From contig OZ249445.1 of assembly GCA_965235115.1 (NCBI GenBank), forward strand, positions 3,782,001 through 3,846,000: a stretch of 64,000 nt of DNA. The letters run 5' to 3'. Every line of letters begins with the position of its first letter. Position 1 is the stretch's first letter. Origin of the DNA: Laetmonice hystrix (taxonomy: Eukaryota). This document shows, piece after piece, positions 1 to 11,000 of the stretch. Below the pieces are notes generated by a model, which did no database searches, was not told where the DNA came from, and was given only the letters and a program-made list of their open reading frames with translations. Made by a program: the position numbers and the translations under genes.

Positions 1-3000
1 GGGCAGGTGTGATATAACCAAGTACTCTGTGACATCACCTGCCCACAAACCAGTTCGATAAAGGTCAGAAAGCGTCACTTCTGCCTTCCTGAGTCCACCT
101 GCCAAACGCTCTGGCCACCCCTGACCCCAAACCGGCCTTTTAATCCCAACCTCACTCCACACCCGGTGGCCCGGTCCCACCAGTTAAGGCAAGCCCAAAC
201 CCTTCCAGATAAGTGAATTTACTGAATGCTGATGTCTTTCCAGTGCAGTTCACTCATACAGAGTTAAGTGAGGACTACATAATTAATCCTCGGTCCCGGC
301 GGCCGAGGCATTGTCTTAACACAAGAACAATCCAGGCTGGAGCTGGCTGGGGCTGCACGACAACACAAAACTCGTGATGATTCATTTAAACGTGTTTGAA
401 TCCTCTTATTTAAACAGTTCGGCCTTCTTGGTTTGGTAACAGGTCCTTGCTGCCTGCCGACCTTGACGTTGTGGGGCGGATAGACGTGTAGGTGTCATTT
501 CAAACCCTGAGGCGGTTAGCCGTACTGGTGTTTGGTGGTACCCGGGGCCTGGGGTGCATGGATGAACATGCTGAGGTCGTTCGGTATCCGGGGGGTGCAT
601 ATGGTGTTCAGCATGCAGCCGGCCGGGTTGTGAACATGTACATATTGTCCAACCATAATCTAACCTTGAAGTATTGGGTGACTTGGGTTATTTACATGAT
701 TGATTCTCAGAAGTGATAATGACCATTTTCACATATGACTATCATAAAGATACATACATGTACGTACTTAGAATGAGTCATTCCCTGAGGTCACTATAGC
801 AGTTTAGGATTTTCGTTACATTTTATATGGGACTCCATTCAAAGACATTACACATAAAAGATGGATGTAGGCTTTGCTCGTAAAATAACGTTAAACAGTA
901 AAAAGCCCCAGCTGCTCCTAATCCTATTATCAAACAGCAGGTATTAGCGACTGCTGACAAATGTCCCCCAAACAAAGGATCATATGATGTACGATTTGTT
1001 GTTTTAGAGGGCTGCCAATTTTTACTTAAAAAATTCTTTTTGTGTGGAGATTTGCACGCTTGATGAAGCGCCATTCGATGTGTTGTGTGCTGTAAAGGTA
1101 GCTACAGCTAAACATAAAAAGAAACTTAAGGAAGCCCACAGTATACAGCATATTGATTGCCTGTCTATTGATTTCCGAAGGAAAAATAGCTTACTTGAAT
1201 ATTTCAAGCGGACCCTTATTGAGCTTTCTCCGCAAGAAAACCGAAAATTGACCTCAACAGGACGAGTTGGTGCATGTGCATTATTAAAATCCCTATGAGA
1301 TATGAGTACTTGGTCTGACCTGATGTGTTTTTTTTCTGGGCTGGGGAGAGAGACCGCTTTTAATTATATTTTGAAGTCAGAACATGTATTTGCTAGCATG
1401 CTGATAGCTGATAGGAGAAAAGGCTGAGGCGGCTTTGCGTTGTCAGAGAAAAATCCGCTGTCGATGGCAAGGCTATGTTATTGGGGAATTATACTTGCAG
1501 CATTTCAACTAGTTTTAAGAAGGATCCTGGCAACTGATTTCTAACACACAACCTTCAGTGACGTAGATGTATTCAATCAAGAAGGCCGAGTTGTTAAAAT
1601 CAGTGCCATTGACATCAGCCGTTCAATATAAAGAAGCTGTAATTTGGTGAATGGATTAACAAAGAACACACGTGCAAGCACCTGCCAGACTGCCTGCATG
1701 GACCGTGCTGGAAGACTGTGGCAGGAAGGCGCGCGCCTCCCGACACGGTCAGACATGCCCAGTACATGGCAGGAAGAACGACGAACAAACTTTTACCTGC
1801 CTTCCTGACGGTGACTTGGGACGAGGTGGGTGTGTCCTGCCTCCTCGTTGCTGCCGCTGTGTCCACCCTGGCTGTGAGCGCTGTAAGCCGGGGTTTGGAG
1901 GTGTGGGTGAGGCGGCAGGACGCGAGGAGAGGTGGTGCAACAAAGTGGGGCGTATTATTTAAGGTGGCGATGAATATTTAACCAGTCCATAGTGAGGCAT
2001 TGGATATACACATCAACAGAGGAGAAATTAGATAACGTGCGCTGTTAATAATTCAGTGAAGTGCTCTGAATAATTGATGGCCTGAAATAGAAGGCCTCAT
2101 GCCTTTTTCATTGGCGCGCACTAATGGGGGCCTGTTTGTGCGCGAGGAAAATAGCCTGCTAGAGAAGACCACACATTCAGCAAGCTGTGCAGTACATACG
2201 ACAAATCATGATGATACGCTAAATAATTCAAACCAAAGAAGGCTGAGATCTATGCTGTGTTTATGTTCTCGTTGTTTTGTAGCGTTTGCTGTCGGCAAGC
2301 GATAGGTGAAGTGGTGACTCCAATACTGTAACCGAGCCGCGGAGCCTGCCACCTGCAGGTCGTTGGCCGCTAGATGGCGCGGCATCCGCCTCGGTAACAC
2401 AAGCCACGGCCGCCGCCCTGATCAAATATTGACCACACCATCATCGGGTGGCTCCGACACTCGTGTAGACTGCTACCCCCGCCCTCTGCCCCGTTCTGAA
2501 AACTGGGGCCGACCAGATCAAAATCCATCAGGCCAGATCACACTGCTAACGTCGCCGACTATATTTGTGGCTCTATCTATCTCTCTTTGACTACTGATGC
2601 TTGTAATTTGTGAACCAAAATGGGCCACATCCCCCTGCTTACAATACATACACAGGCACGTGGCACAACGCTCTTTCTTTAGATCTTCAACAATATCAGA
2701 AATTACATATCCTGGCTTCAATCATATATGTCTTCTCCGAAAGGTCGGGGAGGATCCAGGAATTTGAAAGGGGATAAAAAAAAAGAAAAATTGGTGCCCA
2801 AGGTAGCGTTTAAACAGTGTACCCCTCCCCCTGCGATCCGCTAGTAAAGGTGGGTCATGGTATGGTTGTAAAAACGTTCGTTAAAAGGGTCTTTGGGCAC
2901 GACTGCCGTGATATAGTATGCTCTTTATCCATGGGATACTGTTGCTTGTAAATTCGGATGATCCCGTTTTGCAGGCGGTGCACAAAGGCTGTGTTTTACC

Positions 3001-3801
3001 GGTCTTGTATGAAGAAATAAAGCTTGGAAAACTGATGCCATCTCTGGGATAAAACACAGAAGGAGCTTTATGAAAATCCGTGCATTTAACCATTCTGATC
3101 AACTGCGACAACGTTAGGCTGCGGAATCATATTGACTGGGGATAAATATACCATGGTTGCCGCCATTAACAATTCAAAGATAAATGTCTACTTTCTAATA
3201 CTGCAGGATACTTAATGATTCATGGCTCAAATTGCAGGCATAGATTTTAGATGGCACAAAGCATCTGGGCTTTTCCTAAAGTCTGTTTGGATTTCTCGGT
3301 GCATGCATCAATTGCCCATAAAACCTCCGCAGTCAGCGGGAGATTATGACTTCGGAAAGTTAGTTATGGATGTTTCTCTAGCATGACAGCTTCGTAGTGC
3401 CAATAAGAAATAGCTATTGGCCGGCTCTCCCCGCAACATGTATAATAAATGCACTGAAGTAAACGTCACGAAGTGGAAAAGAATTTTATTCAGGTACTTA
3501 AAACTTGCATGACATGTTTAGCAGAGAAGCTCAGAATTAGCGGTGTATGTTGTGAATATTACAAAAGCATTACATCAGTGAAAAATACATCTCCAGTAAG
3601 CAAAGTAATTTTGGACATCTGGATGTGTTTTATTCTTGTATTATCATCAGTTACATGGCATTAATACTTAACGAGGACTGCAGTGCTGGGATTAGAAATT
3701 TTAAATACAACTTTCCTTTTACCTGGCTTAATAATCTGTGGGGATTAAAGCAATCAGAGAATAGTCATTTCAACGACTCCAAAAAACAGACATGGCTTAG
3801 A

Positions 3802-4099
3802 TAAGGCCTTAGACTACATGAATCAATAAATGTTTACTCACAGAAATGAAAAAAATCTAATGAAATTCAACATTCCAGTTGCCTGTTGTCGCTATGAAGC
3901 GATCGTCTTACGGCTGGTTGTTGACAAAATCGTTGATCTGCCATTGACTTGAACAGACAATTAAATTCATCATGCGATATACAACCAGTCATGAGCCATT
4001 CGCTTCATGGCGATAATGGCCAACTGGAATGTTGAATTTCATTAGAATTCTCCATTTCTGTGGGTATACATTTATTGATTTATATAGTTTAAGGCCTTA
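3802..4099. mobile_element. MITE with about 80-bp imperfect terminal inverted repeats
   Basis: taaggccttagactacatgaatcaataaatg...aattcaacattccagttg is mirrored at the right end; TA flanks. Confidence 0.85.
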
Positions 4100-4484
4100 G
4101 CTACCCGAACAGCCCATATCTGTATTTTAGAGTCATTGAAGCGAGAAATACTCTGATTGCTTTAAGAGCTCTATAATTGTTGCAGCAATGTTAGGATTCG
4201 ACTAAACACCTTTCTTGTCTTGATAGAATTTAATCTGAGGCGTAAGATAATATGAGGGTTGTGTTCTGAGTGATGTTGAGCAATAAATAGGGAGTTCTTT
4301 TGTTCTAAGGACAGGAAATTAGTGTGATCTTTTACCTGGTAAGTATAGTATCCCGGATACTGATCCTGGAGTACATTCAGTGCGTATCCGTCTGGTTTAA
4401 CACTATAGTACAGATGTACCATTACCGTTTTAAGTGTAGTTATCAGATTTGGTTTCAGGTGTTTTCAATAAGTATTACTAGTTA

Positions 4485-4605
4485 CAGGGGCGGATCCAGA
4501 AATTTCACTTGGGGGGGGGGGGATGCAGAATTTTCAGTGTGTGAGGGGGTGGGGGTGGGGGTGGGGGTGGGGGGGAGATCTTTAATCCCCCCATCCCCCC
4601 CCTGA
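4485..4605 (+). mobile_element. Truncated copy of the CAGGGGCGGATCCAG MITE family
   Basis: Left TIR plus G-runs; no intact right TIR; similar degenerate remnants near 2745-2845 and 23081-23370. Confidence 0.55.
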
Positions 4606-6435
4606 GTTAAGCTCCGTGATATGTACCACCCGTTTTGAATCGATAAATAAATAAATAAGGCATTTCGGCAAGATCATAAATCATAATTGTTTCTGTGACA
4701 GCAGCATTGGTGGCTGCAGGGAATGAAAGGCGAGGCCTATAGGTTATGGGTCCCTGTGTATGTCAGAGGTGCCTGTACGTCTGCCGTTGGTAACATTGCC
4801 GGTATGAAAACGTTGTCAGGGCCCTGGCTGGAGGGGACAATGCTACCATGTAAGTTTAATGGCCCATTCTCATGGCGTATGAATTATTTTAAAAGGCTAT
4901 TACACATTGACGGACGTAATCTCCCAATAATTCATGCCAAGATGGAGGTCCTATTGTACTGATTATAATGAAACTCCTTGGTAAGGAGTCCCCGTCCTGC
5001 CGTAGAGTAGGAAAGTCTGGGGGGCAGGTACAGACCTTGTGCTGATCTGCTGCCCCGATGTCTCCTGATAGTGATATTAGTAATTCACGAACGTTGTCTG
5101 TAGGAACACGAATATCTCGGTACTGGCACCTGCGACTCGCAGGCTTAGAGGCCAGTAGGAACTCCTGAGGTCTCTAGTTCAGCAGGAATTCTGAGTGAGG
5201 TCGGCAGTCCAGGAGAAACGATCAGGTCGTGAGGCCAGTAGTAATCCTAAATCCTTAGGCTGAGTAGGTTCCAATCCGTAGCCCTTGTGGGAGTTTATAA
5301 ATGGCAGTATCTCCTGTTTGGTCATCGATTAAAGTTGTGGGACACCTTTATTGTGCAGCAGATTCCAAAATAGAGGACAGATGATGGATTCTGTGTTGTT
5401 ATTATTTAATGAGTAGGAAATGACTCCTAGCTGTTACTACATAGGTTATGTGCAGTAATATATTAAATTAAGAGTTTATATGTTGGAAACATAACAAAAT
5501 TTTATTAAATTATAGTCTGCCTGGTAGTTTGAAAGATGGAGACTGAGATTAGATGCCACAGATTTTCCTTCTTCCATAAGAGCGAGCGGCTATTCCAATG
5601 TTAAGGAAGCGTGGTTAATATTCAACACCAATGCCAGTGGGTGCTTGAGGGAGTTCATTATTCAAGAGGTGGCGCTGGCCCCGTAGAGTGGCAGCACTCC
5701 AAGCTTGCCAATACTGCGCGCTGGTGAAAGTTTAATGGCGGGTTGCGGTGGGGGCGGGCGAGCGGGCGGGCGGGCCTTCCGTTTGGGGGTGGCGGTCAGC
5801 CCAGTATCTATCTATATTTGATGGGAGACGACTGGCTCGGAGGCGGCCCAGGCACTCCCAATCAAAGTTGTAGTCAGGTTGATTCTCGGGCTGGAGAGGC
5901 ACCCTTCCGGTTTGCCGACCTTCTATGGATATGACTGCCCCTAGTGGTCAAGAGAAGTAACTTTTTCCCGACTCCACGTCCGTGCCATACCGAATGTCGT
6001 CCGTGCCATACCGCATGTCGGACGGCTGACAGTTAATGTACAGTGAGTTACTGTCTTCTCCGGGGCACTTTCTAATTTCCATCGTGAAAACCAATATTCA
6101 CATATTGACGCACCCATGCATGCACCTGCGCGGGTGCGCCAATATTTACATACAGGCGCACGTGGGTGCATATGCGCCTGTATGTGAGACAGTTTCTAAT
6201 TTCCCGCGTTAAATCTATTATTCAGATATAAGCGCACCGTACGTGATCATATTGTGCAGTTGTGTTACCGTGGGCCTGAGAACATGAATGGATGTAGCCT
6301 GGGCCTATGTTGTCCACTCGAAGGACTGTCGGTGGCAGTATTGCACTCTACCATTAGGTCGGGGGGGGGGGGGGGGGGGTGTGCATGTGCGCCTATAGGC
6401 CTATGTGAATATTTGGGTGCGCCTATATGTGAATA

Positions 6436-7224
6436 TTGGGAGGTGTATCGACCGGGGTTAGGGATTAGGGATAATGTCAGGGCTATGGATCTTTACTTCA
6501 GACTAAATCTCGTGGGGTTTAAGTTACCACGGGGATGTACCCCTGTGACACACGCTTATGTAACATAACATAACATAACAGATATACGCGGCCTATATCT
6601 GACGATTTTTGATAAAAGAAAAACGCAAAATTCCGCTTATAGGCGCACGCGCCTAAAAGTACGTCAATACGGTATACATGTACGTATATTTATAGTGCTA
6701 AATAAACATACATCTTGTCATTTCGGGGCATCGTGTGCTCTTTTACACAACCGCATTTACCCGCCTGTAGCGGTCCCCCTTCATTTAGGCGAACAATGGT
6801 GCTCAAGTGCAAACCCGTACAGCGCACGGGTGTTAGCTAGTCGACAGATACATGTATATTGGGGCGGGAGAAGCACATATCAGTTCGTTCATGCCAGTTC
6901 GTAGGCCGACCTTAGATATCTGGAATAAGGGCACTGTTCTTTGGAGAAAACGTTTGAATAGTTGCATATCCGAGGGTTTGCAGCAAACCTTTCAAATTAT
7001 AAAAAAGTCCACCATAATAAAATATGACGATGACAAAGAGCGAGGTACGTGTCTACCACTTGTCGTGACGCACTCGGCTGGTGCGGCACGTTATGTTACA
7101 TGAGCGTGTGCCACAGGGGTACATCCCTCGTGGTAAATTAAACCCCACGAAATTTAGTCTGAAGTAAAGATCCATAGCCCTGACCTTAACCCTAATCCCT
7201 AATCCCGGTCGATACACCTCCCAA
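6436..7224. repeat. Pair of about 134-bp inverted repeats (6436-6569 and 7090-7224), foldback/MITE-like
   Basis: gggaggtgtatcgaccgg...agggctatggatctttacttcagactaaat...tgtaacataac is reverse-complemented at 7090-7224 with few mismatches. Confidence 0.85.
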
Positions 7225-7938
7225 AACATATCCCTATCCTATCCCTATTCCTGACCTTAACCCGAACCCCTGCCAAAACAATTTGTAGGGAAGTTACAGT
7301 GGGGGAATAGCCGCCACAGGTGTGCACACTGACTGGTCAACACTCCAAGGACTTGTCACTCTTCGTGAAGTGCAAGTTGCTCGAGGGGAATTCGAAGATC
7401 AAACGTGACAGGCCCTGTTGGTCAAGGAGCCAGAGGCTTACCACTGAGCCTTGCCCACCACCACCCAGCGTGTATGGCAGTATTTAGCAAACACCGGCCA
7501 ACGACAGACCGACCAGCCTCAGCATACCTCTCAAGTGTATCGAAACCAGGTGTGAAAGGAATGGAGATCTGTAGGACCTAGATTCCCTGGTTATGCAGGT
7601 TCTATGTAATAAACTCTGTGGTATAAGACAATATAATTAAGAAAATACAAATGTATTGAGGTTGAGGTTAGGATTAGGGATAGGGATAGGATCGAAGAAA
7701 TATTTCCTCCAAAAAAACGCAAAAATCCGCTTATAGGCGCACGCGCCTAAAAGTGCTTCAATACGGTAATAGATGCGGGACCAAATGGATTTTCACATAT
7801 TGAAGAGACTCGGGTAGAGAGCCTTATCCAACCCCACCTTCTTGCAGTCGACTCCAGTGTACTTTTGCTATAGAGATAATTAAATGCAGAGATCTGGAAA
7901 CCAAATTGTATGACATGTGCCCACTTTATCTGTTTCAG

Positions 7939-8012
7939 GTCTCGAGCATGGTATTGGGCTGTTCGTCTCTCACGTCCTTCCCGACTCCCAGGCTTACAGT
8001 CGAGGGCTCAGG
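7939..8012 (+). CDS. USH1C: Harmonin exon, PDZ1: (G)LEHGIGLFVSHVLPDSQAYSRGLR
   Basis: tttcAG acceptor, GTAAGC donor; resembles human [25 protein letters not shown]. Confidence 0.92.
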
Positions 8013-11000
8013 GTAAGCTTAAATTTGTTACTGTACGAAATGTAAGTAATAGAACAAAATTCTGCCTTCCTCCACCAAAAAAAACCAACAACAAAAAACG
8101 CATGAAAACTGTCCGTATTTTATTAATCTATTTTTTTAATTTGCCGCACCCACTTCTACTAATGGCTTGACCTTTACTCAAGATTGGGATTATTTGCATT
8201 CCTAAATGGTGCAAAAACGCTAGAATTCCATAACCTATACTTGAAGGAAGAATGGTTGCTATATTATTTCATAATATCTGATAATGAGCAGCTGTTTTGC
8301 AAGCCCTGCCTTTTGCTATTCCTATATTGGTTGGATCATGTAGGTAGCCGTCCATAGTGGCAGTTTGAGGCTCTGATTGCAACTGGTATTGTGTTATATC
8401 CGGAGTGATCTTTGCCTACTGTAGGCTGGGGATGAGTTGCTGAGAGTGAATGGCTTTACCATCAGCCAGGCCATCCACGAGGAAGCTCTCAGTCTTATCA
8501 AGACTCGCCGTGATGTCCTCCTCAAAGTCCGACGTAAGTAGCACAATTAGACGTGAGCCTGTGACGTGAGCCTGTCGGAGTATCGGGGTGCCAATGTAAG
8601 AAAGGTCCTACATGGGGAGAATGGTTATTGATCATTGAGGCAATCATGCAGAACTATCAGGCTCTGAGTGACGGTGTGTGCTAGACTTGTTGCTGTACTA
8701 GATAACCTAGAGATTAGTCCTGTCAATCTAACACCGATGTAGTGAAATATAGGAGTAATTCTATCTGTATCTATACCACTGCAGTGGTCTCATGTTATTT
8801 GGATGAGTATTTCATTTCTAAGAGTTGACATTGCTTCAGTATGAAGTTTAGAGTAAATGAAGGAATATCCAATGGTACTGTTACCTCTTACTATTACAGA
8901 TGTTGGTCTTGTCCCCCACAAAGAGTAAGTAACAACATTAATTAGACATTGATGATTTGATTATTTCAGTAATCTACCTCTGATAATCCTACCTCTGGTT
9001 GAAGGAGGAGTTTGGTACATCTCATGTTATCATTAGTAGCCCCCTATTTTACAAACTATAGATCCTCTAGTTTGACGTCAGTCTGTTTGAACCATCATGG
9101 TCTGTGTTGACTATTACCTTCTGCCTTCTTCTTCCCTAGCCACCCAGATGAAAACCTTCAGTGGAAATATGTTGACACGATGGACTCCAACAAAGTTGTA
9201 GTATGTTCATCTTTTCTTTATCAAACAAAGTGATTTTCATAAGAGGACCTGGAGTGATTTCAAGTGTTTTGGAGTGGTCACTATCTTTTCTCCGTATGAC
9301 AGATGAGCACACTGTAATGTATTAGTTAACGGTCGATGAAGAATACTCCTCGTATGTGTGGTTTCTCTGTGATCGTGAGGAGTAAGTCGAAGTTGGAGGA
9401 TGGTGTGGAGTCCCTGGATAACCTACTTTATCAGATATAATACACTCTAACCTTGCAGACAGAAACTGATGGCGGCAAAGAGAATCATCAAGGCCGGTTG
9501 GTCAAGCTGTATGTCAATATTGCAGTTGGCTCAGGACTTGGTTGTAGGTAGGTGTGTCCGAGTTAATGGAGATTATAATAATTATAAAATGAAATAGAGG
9601 GTGGAATTTTATAGACTTCGCTCACATTGTGTGGTGTGTGTGTATAATGTAATATTATGGGACAACTTTGATTTGTGACATAGGATAAAGTGCTTGAAGA
9701 GGTAGTTCCCATCTTCTCAACGTGTATTTATATAATGTTAATAAAAAAAAGAAATAGTACCAACAATATAATATTGCCTTGGTTGTAGTATCTGCAGTGG
9801 GCCTGTTGAGAGTCGTGGAATCTTCATCCAGTCTGTGAAGGCAGGTAGTCTGGCTGAGGAGGCAGGACTGGGAGTCGGGGATCAGATCATCAATGTGAAT
9901 GGCACCAGCTTCATCAACATACAACACTCTGAGGTAGGCATCTAACACCACCCGTCCCCCAGTATCCCACACCCGGAACACTATGAGGTAGGCATCTAAC
10001 ACCACCCGTCCCCCTGTATCCCACACCCGGAACACTCTGAGGTAGGCATCTAACACCACCCGTCCCCCTGTATCCCACACCCGGAACACTATGAGGTAGG
10101 CATCTAACACCACCCGTCCCCCAGTATACCACACCCGGAACACTATGAGGTAGGCATCTAACACCACCCCTCCCCCAGTATCCCACACCCGGAACACTGA
10201 GGTAGGCATCTAGTGTCTCACACCCGGGACACGTGAGGTAGGCATCTAACACCACCCCTCCCCCAGTGTCCCTCACCCGGAACACTCTGAGGTAGGCATC
10301 TAACACCACCTCCTCCCCCAGTGTCCCACACCCGGAACACTCTGAGGTAGGCATCTAACACCGCCCCTCTCCCAGTGTCCCTCACCCGGAACACATTAGG
10401 TAGGCATCTAACACCACCTCCTCTCCCAGTGTCCCACACCTGGAACACTCCGACCTAGGCATCTAACACCCCCCCCCCCCCCAGTATCCCACACCCGGAA
10501 CACTCTGAGGTAGGCATCTAACACCACCCCTCTCCCAGTGTCCCACACCCGGAACACTCTGAGGTAGGCATTTAACACCACCTCCTCCCCCAGTGTCCCA
10601 CACCCGGAACACTCTGAGGTAGGCATCTAGTGTCCCACACCTGGAACACTCTGAAGTAGGCATCTAGTGTCCCACACCCGGACTACTCTGAGGTAGGCAT
10701 CTAACACCACCTCCTGTCCCAGTGCCCCACACCCGGAACACTGAGGTAGGCATTTAATGTCTCACACCCGGAACACTCTGAGGTAGGCATCTAACAGCAG
10801 GTGACCACCCCTCTCCCACCCCACCCCTAGTGTCCCGGGCTCGGGCCCAGATACTAGTGACAAACATTTGGATCTGAGTAGTGTCTAGAAAGTATCGGTA
10901 AAGTTGATTTGAAATGGACAAGTGTAAGGAGAGCAATGATTAAAACGTGACTTTATTTTCAGGCAGTTGTGGCGTTGAAAGGCACCAGACAGTTGAATAT

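Noticed and set aside
1-44. GGGCAGGTG...CACCTGCCC hairpin at the window start
   Set aside because: The stem is only 9-11 bp and is cut by the window edge, so it cannot be interpreted
2682-2745. AG-IFNNIRNYISWLQSYMSSPK-GT resembles harmonin N-domain LFDAIRPLI
   Set aside because: Similarity is weak, the donor (GTCGGG) is poor, and the segment abuts a MITE remnant
7330-7410. TLREVQVAR resembles harmonin KLKEVRLDR (PDZ1 betaA)
   Set aside because: The frame stops (TGA) before any LGFSVRG-like segment and there is no suitable donor
9655-10936. Several minus-strand ORFs of 60-184 aa with repeated VFRVWDTGGRVVLDAYL
   Set aside because: Artefacts of the 54-bp (18-codon) minisatellite, antisense to a real exon and intron
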